The notes beneath the pieces were generated by a model. It saw nothing but the letters and a program-made list of their open reading frames with translations. It ran no database searches and was not told the DNA's origin. A program made the translations under genes and the position numbers. This document shows, one piece after another, positions 25,606-39,829 of a DNA stretch of 64,000 nt (its first letter is position 1; each line of letters starts with the position of its first letter). This stretch comes from Octopus sinensis (lineage: Eukaryota): the NCBI RefSeq assembly GCF_006345805.1, contig NC_043000.1:62620001-62684000 (forward strand), read 5' to 3'.

Positions 25606-25636
<31 letters not shown>

Positions 25637-25719
25637 CAAGCTATACACATACATATATATATGTATATATAAACTTACTTGGAAATGGAGGTGTGGCGTT
25701 CAATCATATAATAATATAA

Positions 25720-26330
25720 ATAATATATATATGTATATACATATGCATATATGGGTACAGGACGTCATAAAACGTAAATAACATGAAATACGAAATACGA
25801 TAACATGAAATAAGAACTTTTTTGCGAACAACGAAAGAAACAAATAGAAAACAAGACAAGTAACATAAATAACGACCCTTCATCAGTTGTCGGCTGTTTT
25901 ATCTACTCCACATTTCGAGCAATTACGACAAGATGTATCTTCGAGATACAGTTGCTCCTGCAAAGCAAAATAAAATTTGGGATTTGCAGAGGGTCAAAGT
26001 TGATAACAAAAACAGGACAGTGAAAACAAACAGTAAGGACTGCTATGCCATAATGAGGTGAGGTGGCGAACGCTGGAGAACAAGCTTTGACAGGAGAAAA
26101 GAGAGGAAACAGACAAGAATGTGTGTGATCTATGTGGCAGATCAAAAGGAAAGAAAGAAGCTCAAGTTAGGAAAAGAAAGGTGGCCTATGGTCACGTGTG
26201 AGCAACGAGAGAGTAAATGAAGAAGAGTGGGAAGGAGAGAGGGACAGATACAGAAAGGTGAAGGGGAGAGGAAAAGAATTAGAGAAAGAATAGAGAGGAA
26301 ACGAAGAAGGAAGAGAGAGTGGTACAGAGA
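25720..26330 (-). repeat. pLTR-like repeat family E, copy 2
   Basis: Homologous to 18855-19093 and 27760-28060. Confidence 0.65.
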
Positions 26331-26353
26331 GTCATCAAAATTATTAAGATAAA

Positions 26354-26405
<52 letters not shown>

Positions 26406-26985
26406 TATGTATATGTATATATGTATGTATGTATTGCATGTGGATTAGACTTAAGCAAAGGATATTTGTTAGAAGTGTATATGTGTCTATATATAAATAG
26501 ATAAGTATGGATATTTTCTCTTTTACTTGTACATCTGTATGTTATGTTTTATTCTATTTAGCTGTAACATGTATTATCTATTTCAGTTTTTTATAAATAT
26601 TTTGAATGTGTGTAAGTAATATATATGTGCGCATATACAAATTGATGTATGCTTGTACTTTTTCTTCTTTATTTAACTTTCTTTTATTTCTACCTTCAGA
26701 AGTAATAAGTATGTAAATAAGAAGTGTATATGTGTGCATATATAAAGCGATATGTATATATGTGTATGTCATTTTACATTATTATACTATTTCTTACCTG
26801 CTTAGAATGCATATAAGAATTTTTTTACCTAGTTAGAATGTATCTAAGAATTATATATATGAGCATGTGTAGATGAATATATCTGTGTATGTTTTTGCAT
26901 CTATACACATCTGTGTATATATACAAAAACATATAAAAATAGATACACTACATATATGGAGGTTAGACTTTATATTTATATATAT

Positions 26986-27041
<56 letters not shown>

Positions 27042-27042
27042 C

Positions 27043-27074
<32 letters not shown>

Positions 27075-27121
27075 CTGTGTGTGTGTATTTATATATATAT
27101 GTGTGTATATATATATATATA

Positions 27122-27390
27122 TATCACCGTGATCACCGTGACCAACCAGGCTATAAGATGTTGCTACACATTGCTGGTCACAATGCACTTCGCATTGTTT
27201 TAGCCTTCTAATGACACCACCCCGCTGGCTAAGTGAGCAGGCCAACAGAAAAAAGAGCAAGAGAAAGTTGTGGTGAAAGACTACAGCAGGGATTGCCTCC
27301 ACCCTCTGCTGGAGCCTGATGGGGCTTTAGATGTTTTCGCTCAATAAACACTCACAATGCCCGGTCTGGGAATCAAAATCGTGATCCTAC
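27122..27390 (-). mobile_element. Another tRNA-derived SINE, 5'-truncated
   Basis: Minus strand begins with B-box-like TTTTGATTCCCAGACCGGGC, ends (CACGGTGAT) repeats. Confidence 0.5.
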
Positions 27391-27745
27391 ATAATTACTG
27401 GTATCCTTATATATCACTATATTTTATATCTCATATCTTATATGCAAAGAATAATATGCTATATGTATGTATGTTATTATAATTATCAGTTTAATAAATA
27501 AATAAGTTAACGTTTTAATGTCCAAAAGTTGATGAACCACCTATTGTTCTCCTCCATTTTCTTATTTGCGATATAAATTAATGGTAAAATATCTCTTTAC
27601 CCTCACCCATTTAATATACTAGGTAATGTAATTGCAATGCAATAAAAAACACTTGTGTATTAATAATTGGGTATTCTACTAGCAGTATATTGGCTTGATA
27701 CTATTCCTTAGTGGGTTGGATCCACAACCCCTAACTTTCTTGGAG

Positions 27746-27759
<14 letters not shown>

Positions 27760-27782
<23 letters not shown>

Positions 27783-28060
27783 TGTGCATATATGGATACA
27801 GGACGTCACCAACTGTGTAAACAACATGAAGTACAAAAACAAACAAGTTCAATACACAAACAGCAAAACAAAAAGTGGCAAATAGGACAAGTAACACAGA
27901 GAGCAACCCTTCATTAGTTGTCGCCAGTCTAGCTACTCCTCATTTCAAGCCTTCAATGACAAATATGAGTCTTCAAAGCAGTTACTCCCAAAAGTTCCAA
28001 AATAAAATTTGGGATTTATGAAGGGTTAAAGTTGTGAACAAAAACAAGACAGTGGAGACA
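27760..28060 (-). repeat. pLTR-like repeat family E, copy 3 (decayed)
   Basis: Homologous to 25740-26030. Confidence 0.65.
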
Positions 28061-28294
28061 TACATATTCTTTTATTCATTTCGGTCATTTGACTGCGGCT
28101 ATGCTGGAGCACCACCTTTAGTCAAACAACCCAGGACATGTTCTTTGTAAGCCTAGCACTTATTCTATCAGTCTTTTTTGCTGAACCACTAAGTTATGGG
28201 GATGTAAACACAGCAACATCGGATATCAAGTGATGGTGGGGGTACAAACATCAGACACACACTCATACACACCCTCACACATATGTATATACTC

Positions 28295-28703
28295 TTTACT
28301 CTTTTACTCTTTTACTTGTTTCAGTCATTTGACTGCGGCCATGCTGGAGCACCGCCTTTAGTCGAGCAAATCAACCCCGGGACTTATTCTTTGTAAGCCC
28401 AGTACATATTCTATCGGTCTCTTTTGTCGAACCGCTAAGTGACGGGGATGTAAACACACCAGCATCAGTTGTCAAGCAATGCTAAGGGGACAAACACAGA
28501 CACACAAACACACACACACATATATATATATACATATATACGACAGGCTTCTTTCAGTTTCCGTCTACCAAATCCACTCACAAGGCTTTGGTCGGCCCGA
28601 GGCTATAGCAGAAGACACTTGCCCAAGATGCCACGCAGTGGAACTGAACCTGGAACCATGTGGTTGGTTAGCAAGCTACTTACCATACAGCCACTCCTGC
28701 GCC

Positions 28704-28705
<2 letters not shown>
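28295..28705 (-). mobile_element. tRNA-derived SINE family B, full length
   Basis: Reverse complement of 42299-42708; partial copy at 28070-28260. Confidence 0.9.
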
Positions 28706-28762
<57 letters not shown>

Positions 28763-28972
28763 CTTACAAACATATGTATACATATGTATGTATATATATA
28801 TATGTGTGTGTGTGTATATATTTATATATATTTATGTATATATACACACACACATATATGCGTGTGTGTATACACATGCACATATATATACATTTATATA
28901 TACTTACTTAGGTGATCAAGAGAGTCATAATACATATATGTGAGCATGTGTGTGTGCATACACACATAGATA

Positions 28973-29011
<39 letters not shown>

Positions 29012-30839
29012 TTACACACATAAATACAGACATACATATATGTATGTGTTTGTGTCTGTGGTGTGTGTGTGATGTGTAAGGTATAAAGTTTGTCTGTCTA
29101 CATTCCTGTATCTTATTTCCAAAATAAGCTTCTCTGTGTCACATTATACTTGGAAAACATGGGATATAACATTTTGGGGTTTTTAACATCAAATTATTCC
29201 ACTAATGAACTCAATCTAAAATAAGAAATAAAAAACTTTAAAAAAAGTATTGCATTCACATTGTTTTTTATAACACAGACATTGTGTTTTGGTAGTTTAA
29301 CAAAAAATATGTACAAATTAAATATTGTGGACCTGGAAAAATATGTCAACATTTTATAACAATAAAATAAGCTCTAAAGAATTTGATTGACACAGACACC
29401 ATTGTTAACAACACGTATACATTAGTTTTATGATACATATTTCCCTAAAAATAGCTGTCATTTGAAGACAGTGCTTCTTAACTTGGAAAGGAAACAATAC
29501 AAATGTTTATGTATGGATCCCAACCAGAGAATAATAACACTACCTACATTGTAAAAGCAATTAAACATAAGAAATGAATGTTTCAGTAACATATACAAAG
29601 TATATTTGGCTCAGCTCCATATCAACAACTACAAAGCATTCTTTGTTGTAATTTCTTCTGGCTTCAAATAAAATCTGAGTAGCTAGTAATGAGGTAGCCA
29701 AATGATTCAATACCTCTTTAATAGCAATATTCCTATTATTGACACAGACAGGTCTTGATGTTAGAAGTGTGTGTTACCAAACTTGATATCACAAAGCATC
29801 TGAATTACAGTTTTACAGTCCAAAGACAAACACAGTTGGCTGAAGCAAGAATCTAACTACCGACCTACTAGAGAGTCAATGGTTTGTATCTTATCATATA
29901 TGAGCAGGTGTAATAGACTCTTAACTGTAGCTGGCTAAGTCAACCTGATTTGAATAAGTAGACTGGTATATTGCAGTAGCTCAGCACTTCAAAGAACAAA
30001 AGTGAATCCATAAAGAATGCATATGTCACTAACCAGTAAATGTCATTGAAGTTCTACTTTAAGCCTGGACCATAACAAAAACATACATCTGAACATTAAT
30101 TATATTAATTTTAATACTAACCACAGAGAGAAAATATGATATCAGGACAATGCTGAAATGAAGAAAAGAAAATCTTATAATTTTAAAAGTGATGTTGAAC
30201 TACACATTCATTAAGTCAAGTTACAGCACTAATTTGAAATAAATAGGTTTAATTCAACCATTTAAAAGAAATATATCCCCTCTCAAAGGATCTTCATTTC
30301 AATGCCACATCCCCTTTCAAAAGAGCTTTGTCTTGCAAGTTACTGGAGACCTTGCCAGTACTGGTGCCACATAAAAACATGGTGTTGTCTTCTACCTAGC
30401 CAGCTCCTGTCAATCTATCCAACTCGTGCAAGCATGGAAAACGGGTGGTAAATGATGATGATGATGATGATGATGAAGATCAATTCATGAGTAATGTAAG
30501 TGGCCATGACAGGTAATATTTAGTTTAATCCTACAGGAAGTAGAACGAAAATATATCATGTCTGTATCCAATTCAAAGGAGTTTATTATTTTTTTTTTGT
30601 TTTGTTTTTTTTTTTTTTGGTATTGGGATTCTGCTAAGTCAGCCTTATAAATTTCTAAGTTTGTAAACTAACTTATAAAATTAAATTTTGACGTTTTTAA
30701 GAGAAGTGAAGTGGTTAGCTCTCTTCTCTCTTTCTCTCTCCCTCTCTCTCTCTCTCTCTCTTTGGTCTTGAGTGACAACAAAGAATTTACTATTGATAAT
30801 ACTGGATACTGGTCAATATTATTTTCATTACCAAAGTTA

Positions 30840-32150
30840 TTTGAGTGACCTGGAAGTGAATTTGGATGCTGAATCTGAACAAGGCATCAGTTTTGCTAGA
30901 TTGGCTCTAGTTTTTGACATAATTGATGACTTTCATACTTGAGAATTTGATAAGCTTAGCCCTCTGAGACCCCTAACATTTTTATGATATACACTAGTTA
31001 CTGAATTGATTTTTAGATATTAGGTCATCTGATATATTTCATATTAAGGGCAATCAGAACACATTGACATAAAATACCTAAATTATTCACTGTGTCATAG
31101 CACTAAAAATCATGGGAATAAGCTCAAAACATTTTATGGTATCTTATGCAATTATAATATATAAGATAATTCAGTAACATTGGCTAATTAAGTGCATTAA
31201 AATATATCAATCAATCCTTCAAACCCCACTATTTGTATTATTTTCTTTTGTGTGGTTTAGCATGACATTCACACTGAATGTTCCAGTAGTGGTCTGCTAT
31301 CATGTATCTGTGTCATCTGCCTTCATATCTTTCTTCCATTACCTTTATATCCTGGTAGAACCTCTCCCCTTGTTCCTCTCTGGAAATCTGCCCAAGTGGT
31401 TATGAAAGAAATGTATTTTTATGTTCAAATTAGCAGCAGTATTTTTAACCCATTGAGCAGCCTTTCCATAAATTCCTCAGAATTGTCTGCTTTCTTGTTA
31501 CCCAAGAAATTCTCAATAACTGAGACATGAGTGTCCCAAGCAGAAATGTCAACATCATTTATATATATTTGGAAAACTAGAATCTTTGATAAGTTTACAA
31601 ATATGAAAACCAGTAAATATTTTACCTTTTAATTTTTCAAGTCCAGGAACGTTCTGCAAAGATAGTGAAGCAATAATCATCTTTGTCCAAAGTTTTAACA
31701 AAATCCTTCATCCGCCCTGCTTTGATATGGAGGGGAGAGAAATTGATGTTTGTTCTTTGAACTAATGATTCATTAACGATATTTGCTGTCTCAATGACCA
31801 CCTTGAAGACCATGTCACTTTTTCTCAAGGATCTTGCTTTGCTCTATTATCCTATAAGTACATGAAAGTACCCATTTTGCTGTCCAAGCATAAATTCACT
31901 ATCTTTATTTTTTTTTCTTTTTCCATTTCTTCACATCTGAGAAGGATATATACAAGTTTTGCATACATTATGGGAACCCATGACTTGTAATTGATTTCCA
32001 AGCTTTACTCCAAAATAAGAAAAATGTGTTTGTTTTAAAAGTCAATGATATTTTTCTATGCTTTTCTATAGCACTTTTGCCACAGACATAGCAGATGTTT
32101 GAACATCTGGATTGCTCAAACAGGTTCTTCATGATGAACTTATATTTAAA
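30840..32150 (-). mobile_element. Decayed Chapaev3-like (CMC) DNA transposon
   Basis: CYVCG and KSWVP, SPLHIKAGRMKDFVKTLDKD (ORF 31637), EEQGERFYQDIKVMEERYEGR..MIADHYW (~31280-31380). Confidence 0.7.
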
Positions 32151-32790
32151 TACATCATATGTAAACAAGCATAAGTGTTGAAATGTATTGTGGAACAAGT
32201 AGAAAAATATATTTTTCAATGCATAAATACTGATAGAACAACATATATAGGATAAAATCCTTTAAGAGCAGAAACATTTTTCAGCAACCAGCATTGAGTA
32301 TTGAACTCACACCCCTCTAATTTCCAATCAGAGTGCTCTACCTTCAAGCTAAACTGTTGTCTGACGAATTTTTCTGCAATTTTAGTTCGATCCTCATGGC
32401 TAGTTGTCGACAAATTTTTCTGCTCTTAAATGATTTTATCCTATATATGCTGTTGGTATCAGTATATACGTGTTGAAAAATATATCTTTCTACTTGTTCT
32501 ACGATACATTTCAATGCTTCAAAAGCAAAATTATGTTTGTTTACATATGACATAATTTATGACATCTAGCATTTCTGGATGACTTTATAGTTCTAAAATT
32601 GCAGTAGAATTCGTCAGTCAGCAGTATAGCTTAAAGGTAGAGCACTCTGACCGTAAATCAGAGGGCTGTGAGTTTGATCCTCATGGCTGGTTGCTGACAA
32701 ATTTTTCTGCTTTTAAAGGATTTTGTCCTATATTTGCTGTTCTGTCAGTATTTATGCATTGAAAAATATATCTTTCTACTTGTTTTATAT
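32150..32790. repeat. Inverted plus direct repeat cluster containing a tRNA-like pseudogene
   Basis: 32195-32385 is reverse complement of 32592-32785; partial direct copy 32385-32560; tRNA-like 32617-32691. Confidence 0.75.
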
Positions 32791-35599
32791 TTATTAACTT
32801 CATAGACAATTTTTAAAGTCAGGTCTCCAATAAAAATTAAATAACAATGTAGAAGAGAAAGATATGTGGATAAGAGTCCTTGCTTTATATGTCAACAAAT
32901 ATGTTAGTAAAGTTACATGATTCAACGTTTTTATCAAATATGGCATTCTCACCTAGGAATTCCTGACTGACTGATTTGCTGAATATCAAATTATTATGAC
33001 CTCTGACCTAAACTTACCTGACTTAACTTCTAGCCAACATTTTAATAGAACTCAGAAACATTCTTATATGTCATATTAGGACGACATTATAATTTGAAGG
33101 AAATCCATTATTTCAAAAACAGAGGTCATTCTTGGACTCAGTGCCACCAAATTACCATAAACTCATTCAAAGATAGTTGGCAACTAATTTTTTTTTTTTT
33201 CTGATAATCAGTAGATTATACCCATCACCAATAATATTCTGTGTCTTCTTAAACATCAATGTTTATAAGCTGCATAATCATTGTAATATTGACAAGTATA
33301 TTGTGAAAGAGACAGTATCAGGTAACTCTCAACTAAATGATCCTGAAAATAAGCTCCACTCTTGTGCAGCACTTTCTAGGAAACTGCGAGAAATGGGAGA
33401 TAATAAAAATACAAAATTAATAAATCAGAATACAAAAGTTCTCAAATATCTATCTATAGTGTGCTTGAGCATTGTAGGTCAATAGCTTACAGTGTGTTAT
33501 TTATTAGTTTTATTTTCGAGTAGTACATAGTTTCTATACTAAAGCCTGTAACAGTATTTTTTTACCTATGATAAATATTAGAATAATATTTTAAGATGGT
33601 TGTCTAATGAAACATCCAAGTATCAAAATCCTAGTAAATGTATGAAATTTGGTTCATTCAGTTAAGTATTCAGCCCAAGTTTAAGGTACATACAAAAATA
33701 TGACTGCTATGGAGTTGTCTTGGCTGATAGTTATGTTAAATGTTATATATGATGGTGAGGACATGACAAAGATCACAGTTTAAGCATATCACAGTAAGGG
33801 CTATTTTTATAAATTCAGACAACATACTGGAAATTTGGAGAATCCTATTTTTCCATTTGTTTTTAATGTGCGTGTATAGTATCTGATTCACCTTTAAAAC
33901 ATAGCCTTCACTTACCCCCTCACACACTCACTCTTATACATTGTCACATGGTCATAGCAACTGAAAGCTAGACATGAAATTTCAGATTCTTTCATAAGAA
34001 AAGCAATTGTAATAGATTTTACAAATTTTCTGCCTTTTATTTAAAATACCTTTTGGAGTGTCCTCTGAAGAGAACTCTGCTTTGGACAATCAAGGGAAAC
34101 AACAAGATTCAACTGGTTTAAATTAATGCCTAAATTACATTTAAAAATATTGGCTTGCTGGAACCCATTGTAGCAGCTCTCAATACTCAACTTTCATCTC
34201 TCATAGAAAGAGATCTGTGACTGCAAAACCTTTCGAATGAAGAACACACACACATTAGATATGCATTAATAGCTGTTGTCACAACTTTCGTGAGAAGTAC
34301 ATAACACACTATATAGTAAAACTTTATTTATTAAGTTCTAAATTTTTATATCAAATTTTGCAGGATCAATAAGAACACTAACATATTAAACTTTTTCCAA
34401 TTTTCTTTGTTGCTAAGTTTCTGATGATTAAACTTGATGTTACTAGACACTACATTTCATGGTTAATGATAATTGCTTTATACAGTTTTCAGTTCTTAGA
34501 GAAATTAAATGTTATTACAGAAAATTGAATATGAATATTTCTTCTATTTTTTTTTTCTATGAAGTTATCCAACTGCTTGGTCTCCCCACTTGTTTCTCCA
34601 TGTTTCATTAAAAAGAAAATAACAGACAGTATTGCAAAAAAGAATATTGTTAATATATTGAATCAGCCTTTAGCAGTTGATAGCAATAATACTAATCAAC
34701 TTAAATTTCTATTTATAAAAATATTTCATTTTAGTGTCCACTAAAGAAGAAATGACAGCAATTCAACTCAGCTCATGACAAGCAAAGATAATAATAAAAG
34801 ACCAAGCAATGTAGAGAAGTGCTATGTAATATACAAATTTGTGATGAATATTATAAATTTGGCTTCATTGTTACTAGTAGCAATAAACATTAGCCATTTT
34901 ACATTATTTGCCATACCAGATTATCAAGAAGTTCATGGTACCATCAAAATTAAGTTACGTACTGTTGAGAAAAAGCATATTAATAAGCTCTCTTTATCAA
35001 TCTATCCAATGGAAACTTAGTTTTGTAAACGTATGAAGTTTCAAAATCAATAACTGAGATGGGGTATCTACAGGAAAAGTTAATATACCCTATAATGAAC
35101 ATAAGAATGAAGTTTCTTATTTAGCAACACCCCTTTTTAACAATGCTGAATTAAAAATACAGTGAGAATATAGAAGAATCTCTTGATTGTAGAATACAGA
35201 ACAGCCTGGGTTCCAACCCCGCATTACATATGGATGGAAGCACAGACATTGCAGATAATTATGATTTAATGTTGATTAAAGGTTTCCATTCATGACAATT
35301 TTACATTTATAACGCATTTTCAAAAATAACAACAGCAGTAGAATTGTCGAAGCTCATGAATGATTCTATCAGTAAATAAAACATTGACTAAGAAATATGT
35401 TTGGGACTAAAAAGCAATGGAGTAGGAAATGTCAGGTTACTACTAAAGATTGTTCCAGAAAATCAATGAATTGCTCCAAATTCTGTATGTGTACATTGTA
35501 TTTATTCACAGGCAAGCTTTAATGATGTAATGTATACCCTTAAATTTGAACTCAATTGCTTAAGTGTGTGTGAACTTATCAAATAGTCTCATCTATTAA

Positions 35600-35819
35600 C
35601 CCTTTCGTTACCAACCAGGTTGAAACCGGCTCTGGCTCTGAGTACAAATGTCTTGTTTCCATAAATTTTTAATTAAAATCTTCCACCAGACCTTAGACAC
35701 AATTTATGTTCCTAACACTAGCTGAATGATAACTAAGTTATTTTACTAAATTCTTTGTTATATTTAAAGTAATTGAAAGAAACACAGAGCATCTTAAAAT
35801 AAATACAGTAACAAAATGG
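35600..35819. mobile_element. piggyBac-type MITE
   Basis: TTAA on both sides; termini CCCTTTCGTTAC / CCATTTTGTTAC. Confidence 0.8.
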
Positions 35820-36532
35820 TTAAATAGTAAGACAGTTACTGCATGAAGTGAATATGTTTTCTTTAACATTGTTAATTGTGATGATTATCTAACAGAAATG
35901 TTTTGGAATTACTACTTCAATTAAAAAAATCAATGTTTATTCTTTTAGATCAACACCCACCATTGGTAATTAATGTCATATTTAATTTAAAGATAGATTT
36001 GATGAATTTAATTGGTCTGTACAGCTGGCCTACTTATGCAGCACATTTCATGACTTAAATGGATTAAATTTGTAAGGTACAAGCCTAAGTGGATTAGAGA
36101 TCCATTCAGTGTAAAATGTTATAGTTAAATGAACTAGAAATGGATTCTATTAACTAAAATTTCACATAAGGCAGTTTTGAAACAAAAATTTCAGAATGTT
36201 TACCCACATAACTTTTAGTTGTCAAGAAGATTACCCAAATTTATAAAGGAAGATAGTTCAATTTCTAATTTCTTTTGTTGCAACTTATACAAGATTGGAT
36301 GTTTGCTTCAGCTTTCTTCATATACTAGTATAAGAACAGAATGGATGTTGAGATAGATATGAGGTTAAGATTAACTTCTTTTCTTTCTGATGTGCAGTTA
36401 TTGTGTGATAACAACCTTATTTTTCACATTAATTTGTGCAAAATTGTTTCTTTTCTATGCCTCAGTTGTTCATTTTCTTTCAGCAGTAAATAGATTTAAT
36501 TTTATAATGCTTTTTTTTTGGTGGTGGGGAAC

Positions 36533-36691
36533 AGTGGATCTTGAATTACATAAAGCCATAAATAATAGCATGTAAATATTGGATTAAAATCCTCTTTTGG
36601 ATAGAAATGTCCACGTTTTCTATCCAGAAGGATTTCTCAACCCAATATTTACATAATGTTATTTATAGTTTTATGTGATTTGAGATCCACT
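36533..36691. repeat. Imperfect ~160-bp palindrome
   Basis: AGTGGATC...TGTAAATATTGG...GGATAGAAA / TTTCTATCC...CCAATATTTACA...GATCCACT. Confidence 0.8.
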
Positions 36692-37944
36692 ACACCAGAA
36701 AAGGAATTATTTCATCTTCCCTTGAAAGTTTATGATGTCAAATTCAATTTTAAATTGTAATTTCAATATTATTCAATAAAATCTAAATTTGATAACATTC
36801 ATTTATATATTATTAACCTTTGAAAAAATATTTAGGGATGCCATGAAAATAAGCTTCAATATATAACAAGTAAAATATTTATATTACACTCTGTTCATAT
36901 TTTTATGGTGTCTATTAAGTTTTAAATCTGAAGTTTTAGTGTTATTACCAGTAAACCATAGCTATTTTGTAATATGTATTACTGTGGGCTACAAATAAAG
37001 TTTATAAAAAAGACTCTGGTCCACTGTCTGAAATTATTTTGGAAGCTGAAGTTGGGTTTTTAAGAAAATCATTTGGCAGAATACATCTCGCTTCAAAGTA
37101 CTACTAAAGAGGGACTGAAACTCAGCATTTGGAGGCAACATAGAGTTGTAATGCTTGTAGTAATTGACAGATCCAATTCACTGGAGGGCTATCATTTCAC
37201 ATTGCTCCAATCTACTCAAATGAGAACAAGTACCAGCTGAGTTGTGGGAGGGTTGAGAAAATGTCTTTGTATGCTTGCAACTACTGAGGCACCAAAAACA
37301 ATTGAAAGCATTGTATATTCTACCATGTCATACTTGCTTGAGTAACAGCCATGTTTTCTTATTTAGTCTTTTTTTTTTGGTTATATCAGATAAGCAATCA
37401 GTAACCTGCAGTCATCTATTACAATACACTTACAGAGTCATTTTTAAACTAGTGACACCAAAACTATCAAAATATAAATAATCTTACATGACATAAAATG
37501 TATCAGTTAATTTACTTATAGTTAAAGGACAATTTCTAAAACAAATTACAACTTTGCAAAATATAATTTTATGAAATTTAGGAATATTTCTAATTTAAAA
37601 GAAAAATGTCTCACAAACCTTAATAAAAGATACTCAACATCAGAAAGTCATCTTTATGTAATCTGTTATGAGCAAACTAACTTGATGTTCCCATGTTTTC
37701 TTGGGCTAGAGGCTTACAGTTAGACAGAATTCATGTAGATTATAATTCACAGGTATAAGACATAAATACAGTGAAATGGTTCATTAAAGGATTCACAAAT
37801 AGATTATTACAGCACTCACACATTTTAGAAAGCATGTCACATTAAATAAGCAATAAGTTAATGAAGTTTTGTTACAGAAGTTATTCAAGCAACAGATTCT
37901 GTTACCAATGAAACAGATAAAGTAGACCAGAAGTTAAGAGCCTT

Positions 37945-39790
37945 CCCTTTCAAAATTGGACTCAGGAGGGCAGTGTCGGCGTATGCGGATGACATCACCA
38001 TCATGGTGTCGGACGCCTCCAAAGTAGAGACGGTCAGCTCCTTTGTATAGAAATATGAGTTGGTTGCAGGGACCAAAATTAACGCTGATAAGTTGGTGGG
38101 ATTATGACTGAGCACCCGGAGAGGCAGATTGATACCATCGGACGGCAGCGGCGGGCACTGGACTGACAAACCAGTTAAATTGCTTGGGGACTGGTTTGGT
38201 CCCAATCTCCAGGTGGATAAGAATTGAGAAGAGGTGATGAACAGAGCGGCTTGTCTTACCTAGAAATGAGCAGTGAGGAAGTTGTCCCTGAAATATTGGG
38301 CAGAGGTGGTGAATGCCTATATCGCCTCTGTCATTATTTATTGTCTGACCAAGGTAGTGAGCTGGCAGAAACGTTAGCACACCAGGCGAAATGCTTAGAG
38401 GTATTTTGTCTGTCTGTACATTCTGAGTTCAAATTCCACTGAAGTCGACTTTGCCTTTCATCCTTTCGAGGTTGATAAATAAAGCACTAGTTGTGTACTG
38501 GGATCGATCAAATCTACTGGCCCTCTCCCTCGAAATTTTGGGCCTTGTGCCTAGAGTAGAAAAGATTATTTATCACCTGACCATCATGCCTTGCCCTAGT
38601 TGCTCCTTGATTAAATTGGAACATACCCTGTTTATTTTCTTATGGAAGGGATGGGTTCCAATGGTCAGGCGGCTGGTCTACTGCCAACTCCCTCTGCATG
38701 GCGGCTTAAGCATGCCATGGCTTTTGATGTGCACACATGCACTCAGGTTGTGTCACCTGCAACGATTTCTAGGTGAACGTGTGTGGGCTCCATTTGTGAG
38801 ACACGCCTTTCTGCAGCTCATCTCCTTGACAGAGCTGCTGTCCTGGGTAAAGGATATGCCAAGATTAGGCACCTGACACTTAGAATGTTGTCAATTGCTC
38901 ACTGTTATCTACAAGTCAGGCAATAGTATCGATGGATGTTCCATTTTAGATATTTACTCAGGACTAGTAACAGGAAGTGTGACGACGTCCTCGAGGAGAC
39001 CCTAGGCATCGATGAGGACGAACTGGCAAGTCTATTCCAGAGGATTTTCCAGTTGGGGACTGTTATGGATAATCTCCAGATGTCTTTGGCCTGGCAGTGC
39101 TACCAGTTCGAGATAAACTCTACAGGATGTGCTGTTAGACAGGCTTCTCTGAGGTGCTTGCAGAGCAACGAAACAGTTTTACATGCACTTATTCAGTGTC
39201 TGAGCATTACTCACTTGTGGAGTTATGTCAAACAGCTGCTGTCGCATGTGGGACGGATCCATGTGTCAATCGACTCCATAATGATGATTGCCTCCTTTAA
39301 TCGGGCAGGCAAGGCAGTTTTCCTTTGTCAGGTGGCTGTGGTGAAAGAGGTTGTCTGGTGGACGAGGCTGAAAGGAATAAGGACAGAAACATTCCGCTTT
39401 GGTAAAGCCCTCATCAACTTTTTCAAGTTTTACTTGAAAAGGAAAGTAAGGGTGGAGAGAGAATTTATGAAAAGGTGGGTGAAAGTTCCAAAAATGGCAA
39501 GAGTAGATGACACCACTCTCTGTGGAGACCTGTGAGTCAGTATTCAGTGTGATCTTGGATGACAGGATTCCTTGATTATCCCTAGAGGTCTTCTTGTATT
39601 GGGTGACTCCACAATTACGCCTTTTTTTTTCTAGTGTCGTATACTATGTAAACATCCATTCTAATGTATGCCATGTATACATTATTTTCCTTTTGTTTTA
39701 ATAATCATTCTATCATATATTAAGCCCTGCACTTTATGTCTGTCTTTGTATTGTCTCCCTTCATCCTTTACTTTGGTAGCAAATAAAAGA
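37945..39790 (+). mobile_element. Degenerate Tx1/L1-clade LINE with SINE A inserted at ~38350-38570
   Basis: SAYADDITI at ~37976; ORFs 38451 and 38936 homologous to 3341-5575. Confidence 0.85.
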
Positions 39791-39829
39791 CGTCATCATC
39801 GTCATCATCATCATTATTATTTTTAATCT

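Larger units (their letters stand above)
24288..25610. mobile_element. Penelope-pLTR-like inverted repeat structure in (TA)n
   Basis: 24288-24481 is near-perfect reverse complement of 25327-25519; each arm has a hammerhead; 80-bp perfect palindrome at 25252-25331. Confidence 0.8.

Noticed and set aside
26873-28943. [12 protein letters not shown]-rich ORFs
   Set aside because: Translations of (TA)n and (TG)n microsatellites
32617-32691. Functional tRNA gene
   Set aside because: C at position 33, degenerate T-loop and weak acceptor stem; anticodon differs between copies
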